The position numbers and the translations under genes were made by a program. Source: Amoebophrya sp. A120 (Eukaryota > Protista > Dinoflagellata). From it: DNA of 64,000 nt. Below, piece after piece: positions 1 to 12,800 of this stretch; the stretch's first letter is position 1, and every line of letters starts with the position of its first letter. The notes beneath the pieces are model-generated. The model was not told the origin of the DNA and ran no database searches. It worked only from the letters and a program-made list of their open reading frames with translations. The stretch is from the NCBI GenBank assembly GCA_905178155.1, contig CAJINV010000034.1, positions 1 through 64,000 on the forward strand, in the 5' to 3' direction.

Positions 1-680
1 TTACCGGATCAGTTGCAAAACAGGCTGGATATCTGCAAAAAGTAAATTAGGTTTTCTTTCCAGCTCAGTCCGCTTTAGGTTTTCGCATTTTTTTCCCTGC
101 AAAAACGAAACTTTGCATATTCCCACCCTGTTTGCAACTGATCCGAGTTTACTTTTGGTCGCAAAAGGGGACTGCGGATCAGTTCTTTTTGGCCAATAGT
201 AAATTACCGGATCAGTTGCGCAACAGGCTGGGTATCCGCCAAAAGTAAATTCGGTTTTCTCTCCAGCTCTGTCCGCTTTTGGCTTTCGCATTTTTTTCCC
301 TGCAAAAGCGGAACTTTGCAGAGTCCCACCCTGTTTGCAACTGATCCGAATTTACTTTTGGCCGAAAAAGTTGACTGCGGATCAGTTCTTTTTGGCCAAT
401 AGCAAATTACGGGATCAGTTGCAAAAGGGGGTGGGAATCTGCCAATAGTAAAATTAGGTTTTCGCGCCGGCTCAGTCCGCTTTGGGATTTCGGGTTTTTT
501 TCCCTGCAAAAACGGAATTTTCCAGATTTCCACCCTGTTTGCAACTGATCCGAATTTACTTTTGGCCGAAAAAGTGGACTGCGGATCAGTTCTTTTCGGC
601 CAAAAGTAAATTACCGAATCAGTTGCAAAACAGGATTGGTGTCCGGCAAAAGTAAATTAGGTTTTCTTCCCAGCTCAGTT
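1..680. repeat. About 203-bp tandem repeat (about 3.3 copies visible) inside a partial intron ending ...CCATA at 802
   Basis: ttac(c/g)g(g/a)atcagttgc recurs near 1, 204, 407, 611; internal inverted motifs ggatcagttgcaaa/tttgcaactgatcc. Confidence 0.85.
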
Positions 681-803
681 CTGCTGTGGGAAGAAGCAAA
701 GGCACAGCAGCTTGCTTCTAGAGTCTGCTTCGGGGTGGCGTGTTGTTTGCAGATCACAAGCCCCTGATCCCCTCCCAGACAAAAAACCTTCCAACTTCCA
801 TAC

Positions 804-3800
804 CCCGACTACCTGTCCGGCTGCCACTGGCAACACGCAGTGAAGCTCCGGTTTGACAAATGTTCAGAACGAGAAGTCGACATGGACGCGTCTATTCTCA
901 AAGAGAACAACCTACCGGAGGACGGGAGGTATTTTGAACAGGTCACGGAATTTTTCAACGAGACGGATGAGAACGGAACGGTGCTTTTCACCTACAACGT
1001 GACGAAGATGGTCCGGATTTTCAACGAGTCCGATTCTCATGATTCCGGTATCCCCTGTTGGCGGGATAGAAAGATTCCCAGAAGGCTCTACAACGAACAC
1101 AGCCAATATGCTGCGAAAAAAATTGCCGGAAACAAGAAATTCCCGCCGGGAGTCTTCGAGGATTTCGAGCAGAATTACATGGTAGTTCTAGAGAACGTCG
1201 ATGTGGAATGCAAGGGCCACAACTTCTGCATCCGCGATTTGGAGAAGATGTACTACACGCGAGTTCTCACCGACACGGAGGGAATCGAACCGAAGGAGAC
1301 GAGAAAGAACTTGCGCCGCTGCCCGCGTGCAAACATTCCGAACGACATGAACAAGGACGTCACTGCTTTCGCCGTTGGCGGCGGGATCGAAACAAGTGGG
1401 TATTCTCCGGAGGATCAGCGATTCTACAGCACGAGTGGGCTTTATGACAGTGCACAACTCCCCCTCGTCCATCTCATGTCTATAGCATGAACGGCAATAC
1501 AAGCATCAGCAAGAATGCCAGTTTTGCTTGACAAATTTCCATTGGATTCGGATTGTAGTGCAAGTGCTATTTGGGGGGCTACCAGAACTTGTCATGCAAA
1601 TAGTGCCAAGAGGCACAGCCCGGATTTGGGATTTTGCATGACAAACGAGGGGGAGTTGCGCACTCTTATAGGCTTTACAGCGAGGAATACGCGTCGGTTT
1701 TGGAAGTTTGTTGGGACTTTTACGATAAACAGCAAAACGCCCGGACGAACACGACAGGACTACATGAGAACACCATCGCGATATTCAGCCCCCACCACTG
1801 CCATCAGTCTTGCTGGAAGAACAATGTCGTCAGAGGGTTTGGTGTCTGCGAATCAACGAGTCCGAGCGGGAAGATCGCTTTCGACACAGAGACGAAGTTC
1901 GACCAGGTGCCGTTCTACTCGCCAGTGTCGGTTTCTTTTCAAAACCTGCAAGACAAATTCTACACGGACCGGAAAATTTACAATCAGGAAATTTCCGGCG
2001 CGCACAAATTCCGCGAGACCTGCTGGACGCATCCGACGAAGGAACGGATTGAATTCGACTCGCCGAAGGTGTTGGATTCGAGGCTGTTGCTGCCATTGAC
2101 TTCTCCCGGGGTCCGGGCTAGGAAGAAGGTGGAGAAAAAGCTAGAACTTCAGTACAAACTCCTCGTGCAGCCGTACGTGAAGTGCAACATCAGTTTAGAG
2201 GCGATTTTATGCATCGCAAATGTGTCTGGGTCTGGGAGGTTGCAACCTGTGACGCTGTTTTTGGATTCTAAAAAAATCTGTATTTTTGCATCGAGAGGTG
2301 GCCCTGCGCCACCCCTGAGCCACCCCTGGGCCACCCCTGGGCCACCCCTGAGCCACCCCTGGGCCACCCCTGGGCCACCCCTGAGCCACCCCTGGGCCAC
2401 CCCTGGGCCACCCCTGGGCCACCCCTGAGCCACCCCTGAGCCACCCCTGAGCCACCCCTGAGCCACCCCTGAGCCACCCCTGAGCCACCCCTGAGCCACC
2501 CCTGGGCCACCCCTGGGCCACCCCTGGGCCACCCCGGGGCCACGACTGAGCCACCCCGGGGCCACCCCGGGGCCACCCCTGGGCCACCCCTGGGCCACCC
2601 CTGAGCCACCCCTGAGCCACCCGTGCATCCTTCCATCCAGACCCAGACATATTTGCGGTCCATAGATAGGGATAACGGATTTTGTCTACAACAAAACCCT
2701 TTACGATTTGTTCCAAGTCGACGGGTCAAACGTGTCTATGAAGCACGAGGTGAACCGCCCGCTGTTCCGGTTCGCGATTGGGACTACGAAGTCGCAGATC
2801 GAGCAAATCCACAGCAATCTGACGACTTTGTTCCACATCGCGAACCTGACGGATTTCCAGCAGCAGCTGTACTCCACACCGTTGGAGGAGATTGCTGTGC
2901 CTGAAGCGTCGATCGCACGATTTTTCCAAAAGATGACGAGTACGACGACTACTACGTCGACTACCACCACGGTTCTGAACATCACGAACGTCACAAACGA
3001 AACAGATTCGGACGAGATTGGGTTTGGCGTAAATCGGAGCAACACGAGCAATGTTACGAATGTGAGTCTAAGGCAGTTGTTGCTAGAAGAGGAGCTTTTG
3101 GCGGGTGGCGGCGAACAAGAAGCTGCAGCAGCAGCTTCATCCTTCAAGCGGCTGTTGATGGGAATGGCTGGTGGTGTTGCACCAGGTTCGGGTAACGCGT
3201 CAGCATCTACTACTGCAGGACCTACATCCGAAGAGAAGGCTATTGCAATTCACAACGCGCAGCTGAGGAAAAAGTACAATGAGATGTTGCAAGCCTACAA
3301 CAACTTCACCATCGAGCACAACTCGCTATACAGACAGGCGAACGACTTCGTCATGCAGGTGTACAACAAGCTGATCGCTGATTTCGAAACCTTAGATGGT
3401 GGGAATTTCACCTACTACCTGCAAACGGCGATGCACGATAAGCAGCTGATGCCGACGAGTGAGATTGCGAAATCTTTGCCGATTGTGGATGTTTATGAGT
3501 TGTACTACAATTTGACGAAGACGTGGCAGCCGGACGCCTTGCTCTCCAACATCGACGAGTTTTACCGAACTTCTATGAGACAGAAAATTGCTTGCGTAGC
3601 CTACGCAGCGTAGGTGAAGATTTTTGTCATGCATGAGGAGCTTCCGCATCTAAAGGTAGTACCAGGGTCGGACCGGGGTCGGACCGGGGTCGGACCGGGG
3701 TGGGACCGGGGTCGGACCGGGGTGGGACCGGGGTCGGACCAAGGTCGGACCAAGGTCGGACCAAGGTCGGACCAAGGTCGGACCAAGGTCGGACCAAGGT

Positions 3801-6800
3801 CGGACCGGGGTCGAACCGAGGTCGGACCGGGGTCGGACCGGGGTCGGACCGGGGTAGGAACCAGGTAGGAACCGGGTAGGAACCAGGTAGGAACCAGGTA
3901 GGAACCAGGTAGGAACCAGGTAGGAACCAGGTAGGAACCAGGTAGGAACCAGGTAGGAGCCAGGTCGGACCAGGGTAGGACCGAGGTCGGACCGGGGTGA
4001 TGCCTGGCGTCCCATTGGGTTGGGAAGTTCGCACGTTTTTATGTGTGTCGCCGTATATCCATATCTGATTGCTTGTCGATGGATCGGCCTTTTGAATTGC
4101 CGGAAAGAATTCTATATATCTGTCACATGTACGCTACGCAAGCAATTTTCCCACCGATAGCCCACGACAACCTGATGGCGACCTACCTAAAAGAGCTGAA
4201 CTACGAGAAAACCCCAGCAGACGCCCAAGACCGCGGCTCCCTCTTCAGGAAGATTCTGGTCGGGCAAAAAGTGGAAGATTTGGTTCTTCACGGCCAGCTC
4301 TACGACTACCTGCCGCTCTTCATGGACGTTTTCGAAACCAACATCCAGCCGCTGTTCGTGGAGCACAGAAGGGATTTGGAAAATTCGCTAACCCAGTTAG
4401 TGAATTCTACAAAGACCACGGTCGAAGCGATATTGCGGCTGGACGTCTCGGACTCGAATGTGACTGCGACGAGTTCCTTTCAGACGCAAGTCATGACCGC
4501 GGAGCAGGATTTGGATAGCCGGATAGTGCTGTTGCGAGAGACCTATCATGGAAATCTGACAAATGTGGTAAAGCAGTCGCTGAACTTTTTGCAGCATGAG
4601 TTTAAAAAGGCAACAGAATTCGCAGCGGATGGCACCTACGACGACGTCTGGCGGGTGAACGAAGTGCACAACTTCCAGCAAACTTCGATTGGTATGAACG
4701 AGAACCGCGATGGGGTTTGTTACCTTTCCTCTTACCGCAAAGCCTACTTCTACGGGTTCGATTCGGGCAATTGTAATCTCGAGCTTCGCGAGTGCCACTG
4801 CGACAACTTGTGCAACGAGCGGAGACACAAGGACTGCTGCCTGAAGTGCATGCCGCAGGTGCAGCTGTCCGGGTCTGGCCTTCTTGCGGTGGAGGATGAC
4901 GAGGAGCTTCAGGACGTGTTTACGACAACTGCGAACGCTGCTGTCGCTGGTAGTAGTACCGCCGGAAGTAGTAGTGCAGCTTCGACGAGTGCAGCCGCTT
5001 CCTCGTCGACTTCTTTTAACTACGAAACTTCCTGCACGCTGTGGCGGCAGCGGATCCAGGAGCGGTTCCCGCGGTGTCAGCCCTACCTGTCCGTCGTCAA
5101 CTCGGAATTCATCGGGGGGAACCCCTTTGAGATGGATTTTGGTTACATCGTGTCGGACAACAGCACAGTCTGTTGGGAAGACGACACGCAGGCAGGGGCG
5201 GCTGATATCAAGCTGAAAAACGTGAGAATGGAAAACTGCGACAGTGGGCCAGACAACCAGTTCCACCAGACCAGTTTCTGTATCTCGGAACTGAAGCAAC
5301 TCCTTCACATCACCCAGTGCCGGGACTACACAGTGTACCCAGAGTCCGTCTGCATGTCGTTTCGTCCGAAGGAACAGTACCGGTTGGAAAGTGGAATTTC
5401 TTTGGAGGCAAATCCAGAAGCCTACGACATCATTCTCCAAGCGCCGCCGATGTGCATTGGAACGTGTTGGAAAGATTCCGTTTTGAAGGGGCCGAATTCC
5501 GCGGTGGACAAGATCACCGATCTATCAAAAGGAAAAATCCACCCTCCCCATACCAAAAAGAGGCACTCCTGAAAATTTGCGATGCTGATTTGTGACCCCA
5601 AATCCTCTCTGTGTTGCACGAGAGCAACGCCAGAGACTCCGCTGCGTTTTTCAGGCAATTTGTAATGCTGTATATCCTGCAGAGGATATGCCTACCTTGC
5701 TAGGTACGTACACCAAAACGCCCCTGCTCAGGCTGTGTGCCTACCTGCAGTCCCCCACTGCAACACAAAGTCTATTTGTGTACACAAATCCCGCATCACA
5801 GATTTTCATTTCGATATGGGGAAGGGGAATTTTTCCTTTTGATACGACCCAAAGCGGATCTGCATCCACCCGAGTGGGGTGCCGACAATTTGGTCAAGAC
5901 TCCCCGATTGGTGCTACGAGCCTTCGGTGACGTTTGGGAAAGAGTGGAGACTGGCGATTTACGACTCTGCGGGCACAACTAAGACGACCTGCGGACACAG
6001 TGTTTCCACAACCGGTGTGGCGAACACGCCGTCGATTCTAATCCAGGGATCGAACTCCCTGTCCTGCGTGAATTTAAGCGAAGCGCAACGTTTGTCCTTC
6101 GGGTTCTCTTCTCTAAAACTCCGGTCCTGCTTCGGGAAAAGAACTGCGCCAATGATATGGCTTGCTCAGGTGTTACAATCTCAAACATTACAATAGAATC
6201 TGGAATTCGTCTTGCATGAACAGCATGAGTACCATACAGAGACTTGGACTTTTCGCAATACAAATTTCGTCAGATTCTCATGGGGTTTTGGAGCTCCGAA
6301 ACTTGTCATGCGCGCTCCTTTGGGAGTAAGCCAGATGTTGCGCATATTGCAACACAAATTCCACATTCTATTGTAACGTTTGAGATTGTAACACCTGAGC
6401 GGGTTATAGATGACAGTAACGCAGTTGAACGGGACGGAGAATTTTGCAATAAGTAGTTCGAAGTTTCTGCCGCACGAAACTTACAACGGACAGTCCGCAT
6501 TTCAGTTCTTCAACGAGACAGACTGTAAAGGGAACACGGTAGTTTTGCACTACGAGAACAAAAAGTGCGAACCGTTGTTGCCGAACACGGTGACTGGGGA
6601 TGAGCAATACGGGATGTTTCCGGATTTGACGAACCTGCAACAGTACACCGAGTTCTTCGACACGCAAACATTGCTCCCCGGGCAGTTCCGATCGGCGGTA
6701 AATACGAGGCAGGCGAAGGAACTGACGATCATGGCGACGTGTGAACCGGAACTGTTCGAAGGGGAAGTGATCGGGACAAGTGGAAAACAAGTCCTCCCTG

Positions 6801-9800
6801 GTCGCAACATGGACAAACTAGTTTTCTTCGAGGACGCAAGCACTTTGATGCCGCTATTGACTGACGAAGGAGATTTATCAAAGAAAAAAACTGTGTAAGT
6901 GTAAGTCTGTGATGCAGAAAATGCAAAACAGTTACGCGTGTCATGCTCCACATGCATGGTAGGCTCGTTTCCTACGTGTTTTCCCGTCGTATCCACGCAT
7001 GACAAGTTTTTCCTGTCACGGCAGACAAACTTGTGATGCTGTTTTCCCAAAAGACGAAGACCTACACGAACACAGTTTTTTTCTTGGATAAGATTTCATT
7101 GCTGTAGACAATCAGGAAAGGAACACTATGGAGCAAACAGTCGAGCTAGTCCGCGTTTCTCAATTCGGGGAAACAACCACAACCACTCCAAGTCCGGAAA
7201 TTGTCAAGGAGCACCTGTCCTATGATTTCGACCCTGCGGGTAAAACCTTCGGGAAGAATTTGCGGTTCCAGCACGTTTACTCAGTACCCGATTTGCAGCA
7301 AATCACGCATGGGTACGAGCCCTGCCTACCCGAGTACAATAGTATGCTGCAGTCGAAGAATTTGGCGAAAATTTGGAAGAACCCGGCTTACCAGGACGTG
7401 CCCAGCCAGGACTGGCGAATCGAGATTTTCCAGCAAGATTTAACCTCCACCTGCATGAAGAACGCGAACACTGCTGACCCAGCAGATCCGGAGCGGATTC
7501 AAAATTCTCGGTCTGGACCTTTACGGGCCCAGTCCGGTGATGTGTGCATCAATTTACCGGTACAATATCACGATTTGATTGGGTGGAAGTCTGTTTCTGT
7601 CTCTTCCTGCAACGAGCAGAATGTAGGTTCGTACATCTTCTACCAGTATTTGAACTGCCAGGGGGTTGTGACAAAGGAGATGTTTGGTGTTACCCCAGCG
7701 ATTGAATCTGGTGTTGCTTGTGACGATGGGGTTGCGAGTAGAATCCCGGTTTCTAGTCTAGTGGATGAGGAACACGAGAAGCCGGTGCGGGTGGTGGAGG
7801 AGTGTGTGATATCAAAAGGAAAAATCCCCCCTCCCCATATCAAAAGGGCATGCTTGAGAAAATCTGTGATGCTGATTTGTGTTCACAAATCGCGTCTCTC
7901 TTGCAATAGAGCAAAGTCAAAGAGTCCGCCGCATTTCCCAGGCGGTCTGTAATGCTGATACGCCAACAGGGCACACGTCTGCCTTGCCAAGCGTCTACCT
8001 CAAGCCACCCCTTTCCAGGCTTTGTATCTGGCTGCTGTCCTCTAGTGCAAGACAAAGCGGATTTGTGTACACAAATCCCGCATCACAGATTTGCGTTTCG
8101 ATATGGGGAGGGGGGACTCTTCCTTGCGATATGTGATTGAGGAGGTTTTCATCCCGCACAACTTCACGGATGAGGACTCGGCAGCGGGGGTTGTTGGTGC
8201 AGGAGATTTCGCCGACAACACGACAAATATGACGAACGAAACCAATGTGACAAATGGGACAGAGGAAGAAGTGAATGAAACCAGCACGACAAGTTCATCC
8301 GGAAGTTCAAGTTCTGGTATGGTCAGTGGAGGTTCATCATCTTCCAGCTCCGGAGCAGTGACATCAAGCTCGGAAGACAACAGCACGAGCACTATGACCA
8401 ACAGTTCCAACGACACCAACGCGACTAATGGCACGGACGAAAGTTCTGATGCGGTGACGCAAACAGACGGCGGTCCTGCCGGCTACGTCCAAACCGGGTA
8501 CTATGTGAACCAAACGATCTGCCGAAACGTCTCCCGCCCGCAGATCTTTCAAATCACGGCCGCGTGTGTGCACAATCCCGCTGGTTTCACCCCGGAGGTC
8601 AGAACCGAGTTTGAGATGCGGGCCAGGGAGGTGTTCTACACAGAAGTGAGGACGGAGGTGACGGATTTTTTGGTCGAAGTTCCGACTTTCGACATGGAAT
8701 ACGCCGAGGAGTACAGTGTTGAGTACGCAGCAGATGCTGCTGAGAACGCAACAGATGCAAACGGTACGAACGGAACAGGCTCAGCTTCGAACGGAACTAG
8801 GGTCATGCGGCTGGTGAATGGCACCCTATCGCAGAACGGAACCATCAATGAGACGCACTACAATTACAGCAACTACACGGTGGATTTGAACGACACGGTA
8901 ATGGTGAATACCAGCTACCAGAAAACCTACTTCTTCAACACGCAGGTTCACTACTCCTTCCCGATCGTCGAAGCCATTGACTGGCCGGACAGCAAGAAGG
9001 TTGCGGACATGAACGCGGAGTTTGATAAAGCTGAACGCGACGTCACCACGTTTTCCAACTACGAGCTCATCGCGTCTTTGGAGAATGAAATTTCACAAAG
9101 ACGTCAGAAGGTCTGCTGGCGCCCGATGGCGATTGCGGAAATTAAAGAGCAAAGTGACATTGTGAACAGTCAAAACAACGAGCGGTTTTTCAACGAGACA
9201 TCCAATCAGTACGAGTTTCCAGCGACTGATTTCCATCCGATGCCCAACCCGAGGATCTTAGACTTCGACAACCACACGATCGAATTCGTCGCGCCCGTGA
9301 AAATCGAGCCGAAGGTGGTGAGAACTGCGTTGACAAACGATGTAAATTCCTTCGAGCTCGCGTTTGAAATCACGGAGCCGAAGAAGTGTGATTCCGTGTT
9401 GGAACGGCTGTGCTACTGCGACGACGATTGTGTGAAGAGAAACGACTGCTGCTTCAAGTGTCAGCAGACCGAGCAGCTGCGGGACTGCGCGAACGACTGG
9501 CATACGCTCGTGAAGCAGAAATTCCCGAAATGTGAGAAAACTTCTGTCTTGAGCAATTGGCACGAAGACACGGCGGAGATTTTGCTGGATGGGAAGCCAT
9601 ACGGGGAATACAGACCGCCGGTCGCCGGTGCGAGCACGTCTTCATCCAGTCAGCGGCAAGATTTCATGCTCTCAAGTATGATGTACGAGTCGACCTTGGG
9701 TAGGAGGCGGGAAAGACAGCTCGCTGGACATGGTGCGCAATCTTCAACCCCTCCCGGGATGAATCTGCTGAACCCTGGCATTGCGCAGAACACGATTCCT

Positions 9801-12800
9801 GCTGGCGTTGCAAATGAATTGAAGCAGCATCTGGGATCGGGCACCGAGCTACCGTTTTACCCGGTGCCGCATTGTGGGCCGGGGGAGGAGAACTGCATGG
9901 AGCCGAGAAGATATGAAGTGGAATTATGCCTTTCCAGCAACATCTGAAAAAGAAAATTTGCACTGCGTCTGGAGGTTGTGGAGGTTCTACGCCCGCCCGC
10001 GGGCGTACAACCTCGGAAAACCTACCGTGCCAGCCTGTTTGGCGTGGGCGTACAACCTGTTTTCTCGCTGGTTTCTGAGGTTCTACGCCCGCTCGCGGGC
10101 GTACAACCTCGGAAAACCTACCGTGCCAGCCTGTTTGGCGTGGGCGTACAACCTGTTTTCTCGCTGGTTTCGGAGGATCTACGCTCGCCCACGGGCGTAC
10201 AACCTCGGAAAACTCACCATGCCACCCTGTTTGGCGTGGGCGTACAACCTGTTTTCTTGCTGGTTTCTGAGGTTCTACGCCCGCCCGCGGGCGTACAACC
10301 TCGGAAAACCTACCGTGTCAGCCTGTTTGGCGTGGGCGTACAACCTGTTTTCTTGCTGGTTTCGGAGGTTCTACGCTCGCCCGCGGGCGTACAACCTCGG
10401 AAAACCTACCGTGTCAGCCTGTTTGGCGTGGGCGTACAACCTGTTTTCTTGCTGGTTTCGGAGGTTCTACGCTCGCCCGCGGGCGTACAACCTCGGAAAA
10501 CCTATCATGCCGCCCTGTTTGGCGTGGGCGTACAACCTGTTTTCTTGCTGGTTTCGGAGGTTCTACGCTCGCCCGCGGGCGTACAACCTCGGAAAACCTA
10601 CCGTGCGAGCCTGTTTGGCGTGGGCGTACAACCTGTTTTCTTGCTGGTTTCGGAGGTTCTATTTGGAATCCGCACTTCCCCCCCAAGTCCAAGAAGTGCA
10701 GGATAAGTGATGACGTTGATGATGAATTGTGGCCGGGGGCATAATTTTTGTCTTGCATAACCCACCGTGCTACTCCGAATCCTTCCAGTCGGACACGAGA
10801 ATCGCTCTGGAGAACGTCTTAGCCCCGGGCGCAACCGGCCTTCCCTCCGGTGCGACGTTTGAGAACGACCACGGGGTCATGGCGAATAGTCTCGCTTTCG
10901 TCAACTTGACGGATTTGGCTGAGCAGATTGAAGCCAACAATCTACAAACTCACACCGACATGCTCGAGATCTCGGAGTTTGAAATGTTGAAGGACCGGTT
11001 GAGACGGATCCAGCGACAGTATCAAAGTGAAAGATTCCCCCTCCCCAGATTGAAAACGGTTGTTCCTAAAAATTTGTGATGCTGATTTGTGACCACAAAT
11101 CCTGCCTCTCTTGCAAGAAGGCATATCCCAAGAATTCGCCGCCTTATGGAGGCGATTTGTAATGCTGTTTCGCGTACATGGAAAGCCTCTGTCATGCTAA
11201 GTGCCTACAACAAAACACCCCTACGCAGGCTGAGGCTTTGCCTGTTGTAGTGCCTCACTCCAAGACAGGGCTGATTTGTGTACACAAATCCAGCAGCAGA
11301 AGTTTCCGTTTCAATATGGGGAGGGGGAATTTTTCAGTTTGATAGACAGAGCACCGGGAAAGACATGGACTACTACGTGCCGGAGCTGCATTATCACACA
11401 AAAGAAGTGTTACAGTTACACATTTGTTGTCAATTGAGCAACACAAATTTCTCTGCACGAGAGAGAAACCTTGTATTGCAGAAATTCTACAGGAAAACAC
11501 GTACGAAACAAGGCTTTTATGCATATCTGGCATGACGAAGCTTGTCTGTCTTGCTATGCCTGCAACACTGTAACTGGAACACTTTTTTCTTGGGATATGC
11601 ATGACAAGTTACTGCACTTTGTGGAAGCGAACAAGCTGAACAAAACCAATGCGACAATAAGTGGTTCTTCGATGCTTGTCACGACGCCGGAGCTCCACCA
11701 CTTCGACCACAGCATTTCCTCATCCTTCCCAGGGAGCACCAGCACCATGTCGGAACGCCATTCCGACTGCATCGATTCCTACTGTATGAGAGTGTCCAAG
11801 AACTTCCTCCCAACCTCATATGTATGGCATGAACAGCAACACAAGCGTCAGCAAGAGTGCAGGTTTTGCATGACAGGTTTGCATGAAGACAAGAGTAGTG
11901 CTATTTGGGGCGCAAAAACTTGTGATGCGAATAGTGCTGCCAAGAGGCATCGTAAGTGTGGATTTGGTATTCTGCATGACAAATGAGGGAAGGGGGGGTT
12001 GTGCACTCTCATAGACTGCGCCCCGGACTTACAACCCCTCTTCGGGATCCACGAGTGCTACTACGAACAGAATTCGGTATTAAAATGAAAAATCCCCCCT
12101 CCCCATGTTGAAACGGAAACTTCTGTTGCTGGATTTGTGTACACAAATCAGCTCTGTCCTGCAGTGAGGCACTGCAGGCAAAGCCTAAGCCTGCGTAGGG
12201 TGTTTTGGTATAGGTGCTTAGCATAGCAGAGGCCTGCCATGTCGGCGCAACAGCATTACAAATCGCATGCATAAGGCGACAGACTCCTTGCGTTTGCCGT
12301 CCTGCATGAGAGACAGGATTTGTGGCCACAAATCAGCATCACAAATTTTCAGAAGTATACCTTTTCAATATGGGGAGGGGGGTGTTTCCTCACAATATTT
12401 GGAGTACAAAAACATTATGGTCTGCTACAACTCGACGAAAGTGGATTTAACAAAACAAATCTACTACCAGCCACCCCCTCTCATCACCACCTACCACGAC
12501 GGCAGCACCAGCCAGCAAAATTTCGACCCGGTTTACCTCTACGTGGAAAACGCAGCGAACTCGCCCCAGATCGTCGCGACGCCGCAAGACCCGATAGAGT
12601 TGTCGATGATCGTACTGGAAAATCCCGAATATTGTCAAACCGCAGAAAACAACAACCCCCGGTGCTGGAAGGACCGGGTAGCGAGAGGGTACCCGCCGTG
12701 TACTGAACTGCAATCTAACGATTTCCACTTATCCCGGACGGCGAGGAAGAGGTCGACTTGCTGGGTGAATTACGGGGAATTCATCGATTTCCACGTAAAC

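Noticed and set aside
2149-4034. ORFs with GPGVAQGW and PGPTPVRP repeats
   Set aside because: They are translations of 11-bp intronic minisatellites, open in several frames on both strands
9874-10710. 33-aa repeat ORFs; possible CRISPR-like array
   Set aside because: Head-to-tail 99-bp satellite with no unique spacers, inside an intron, no cas genes
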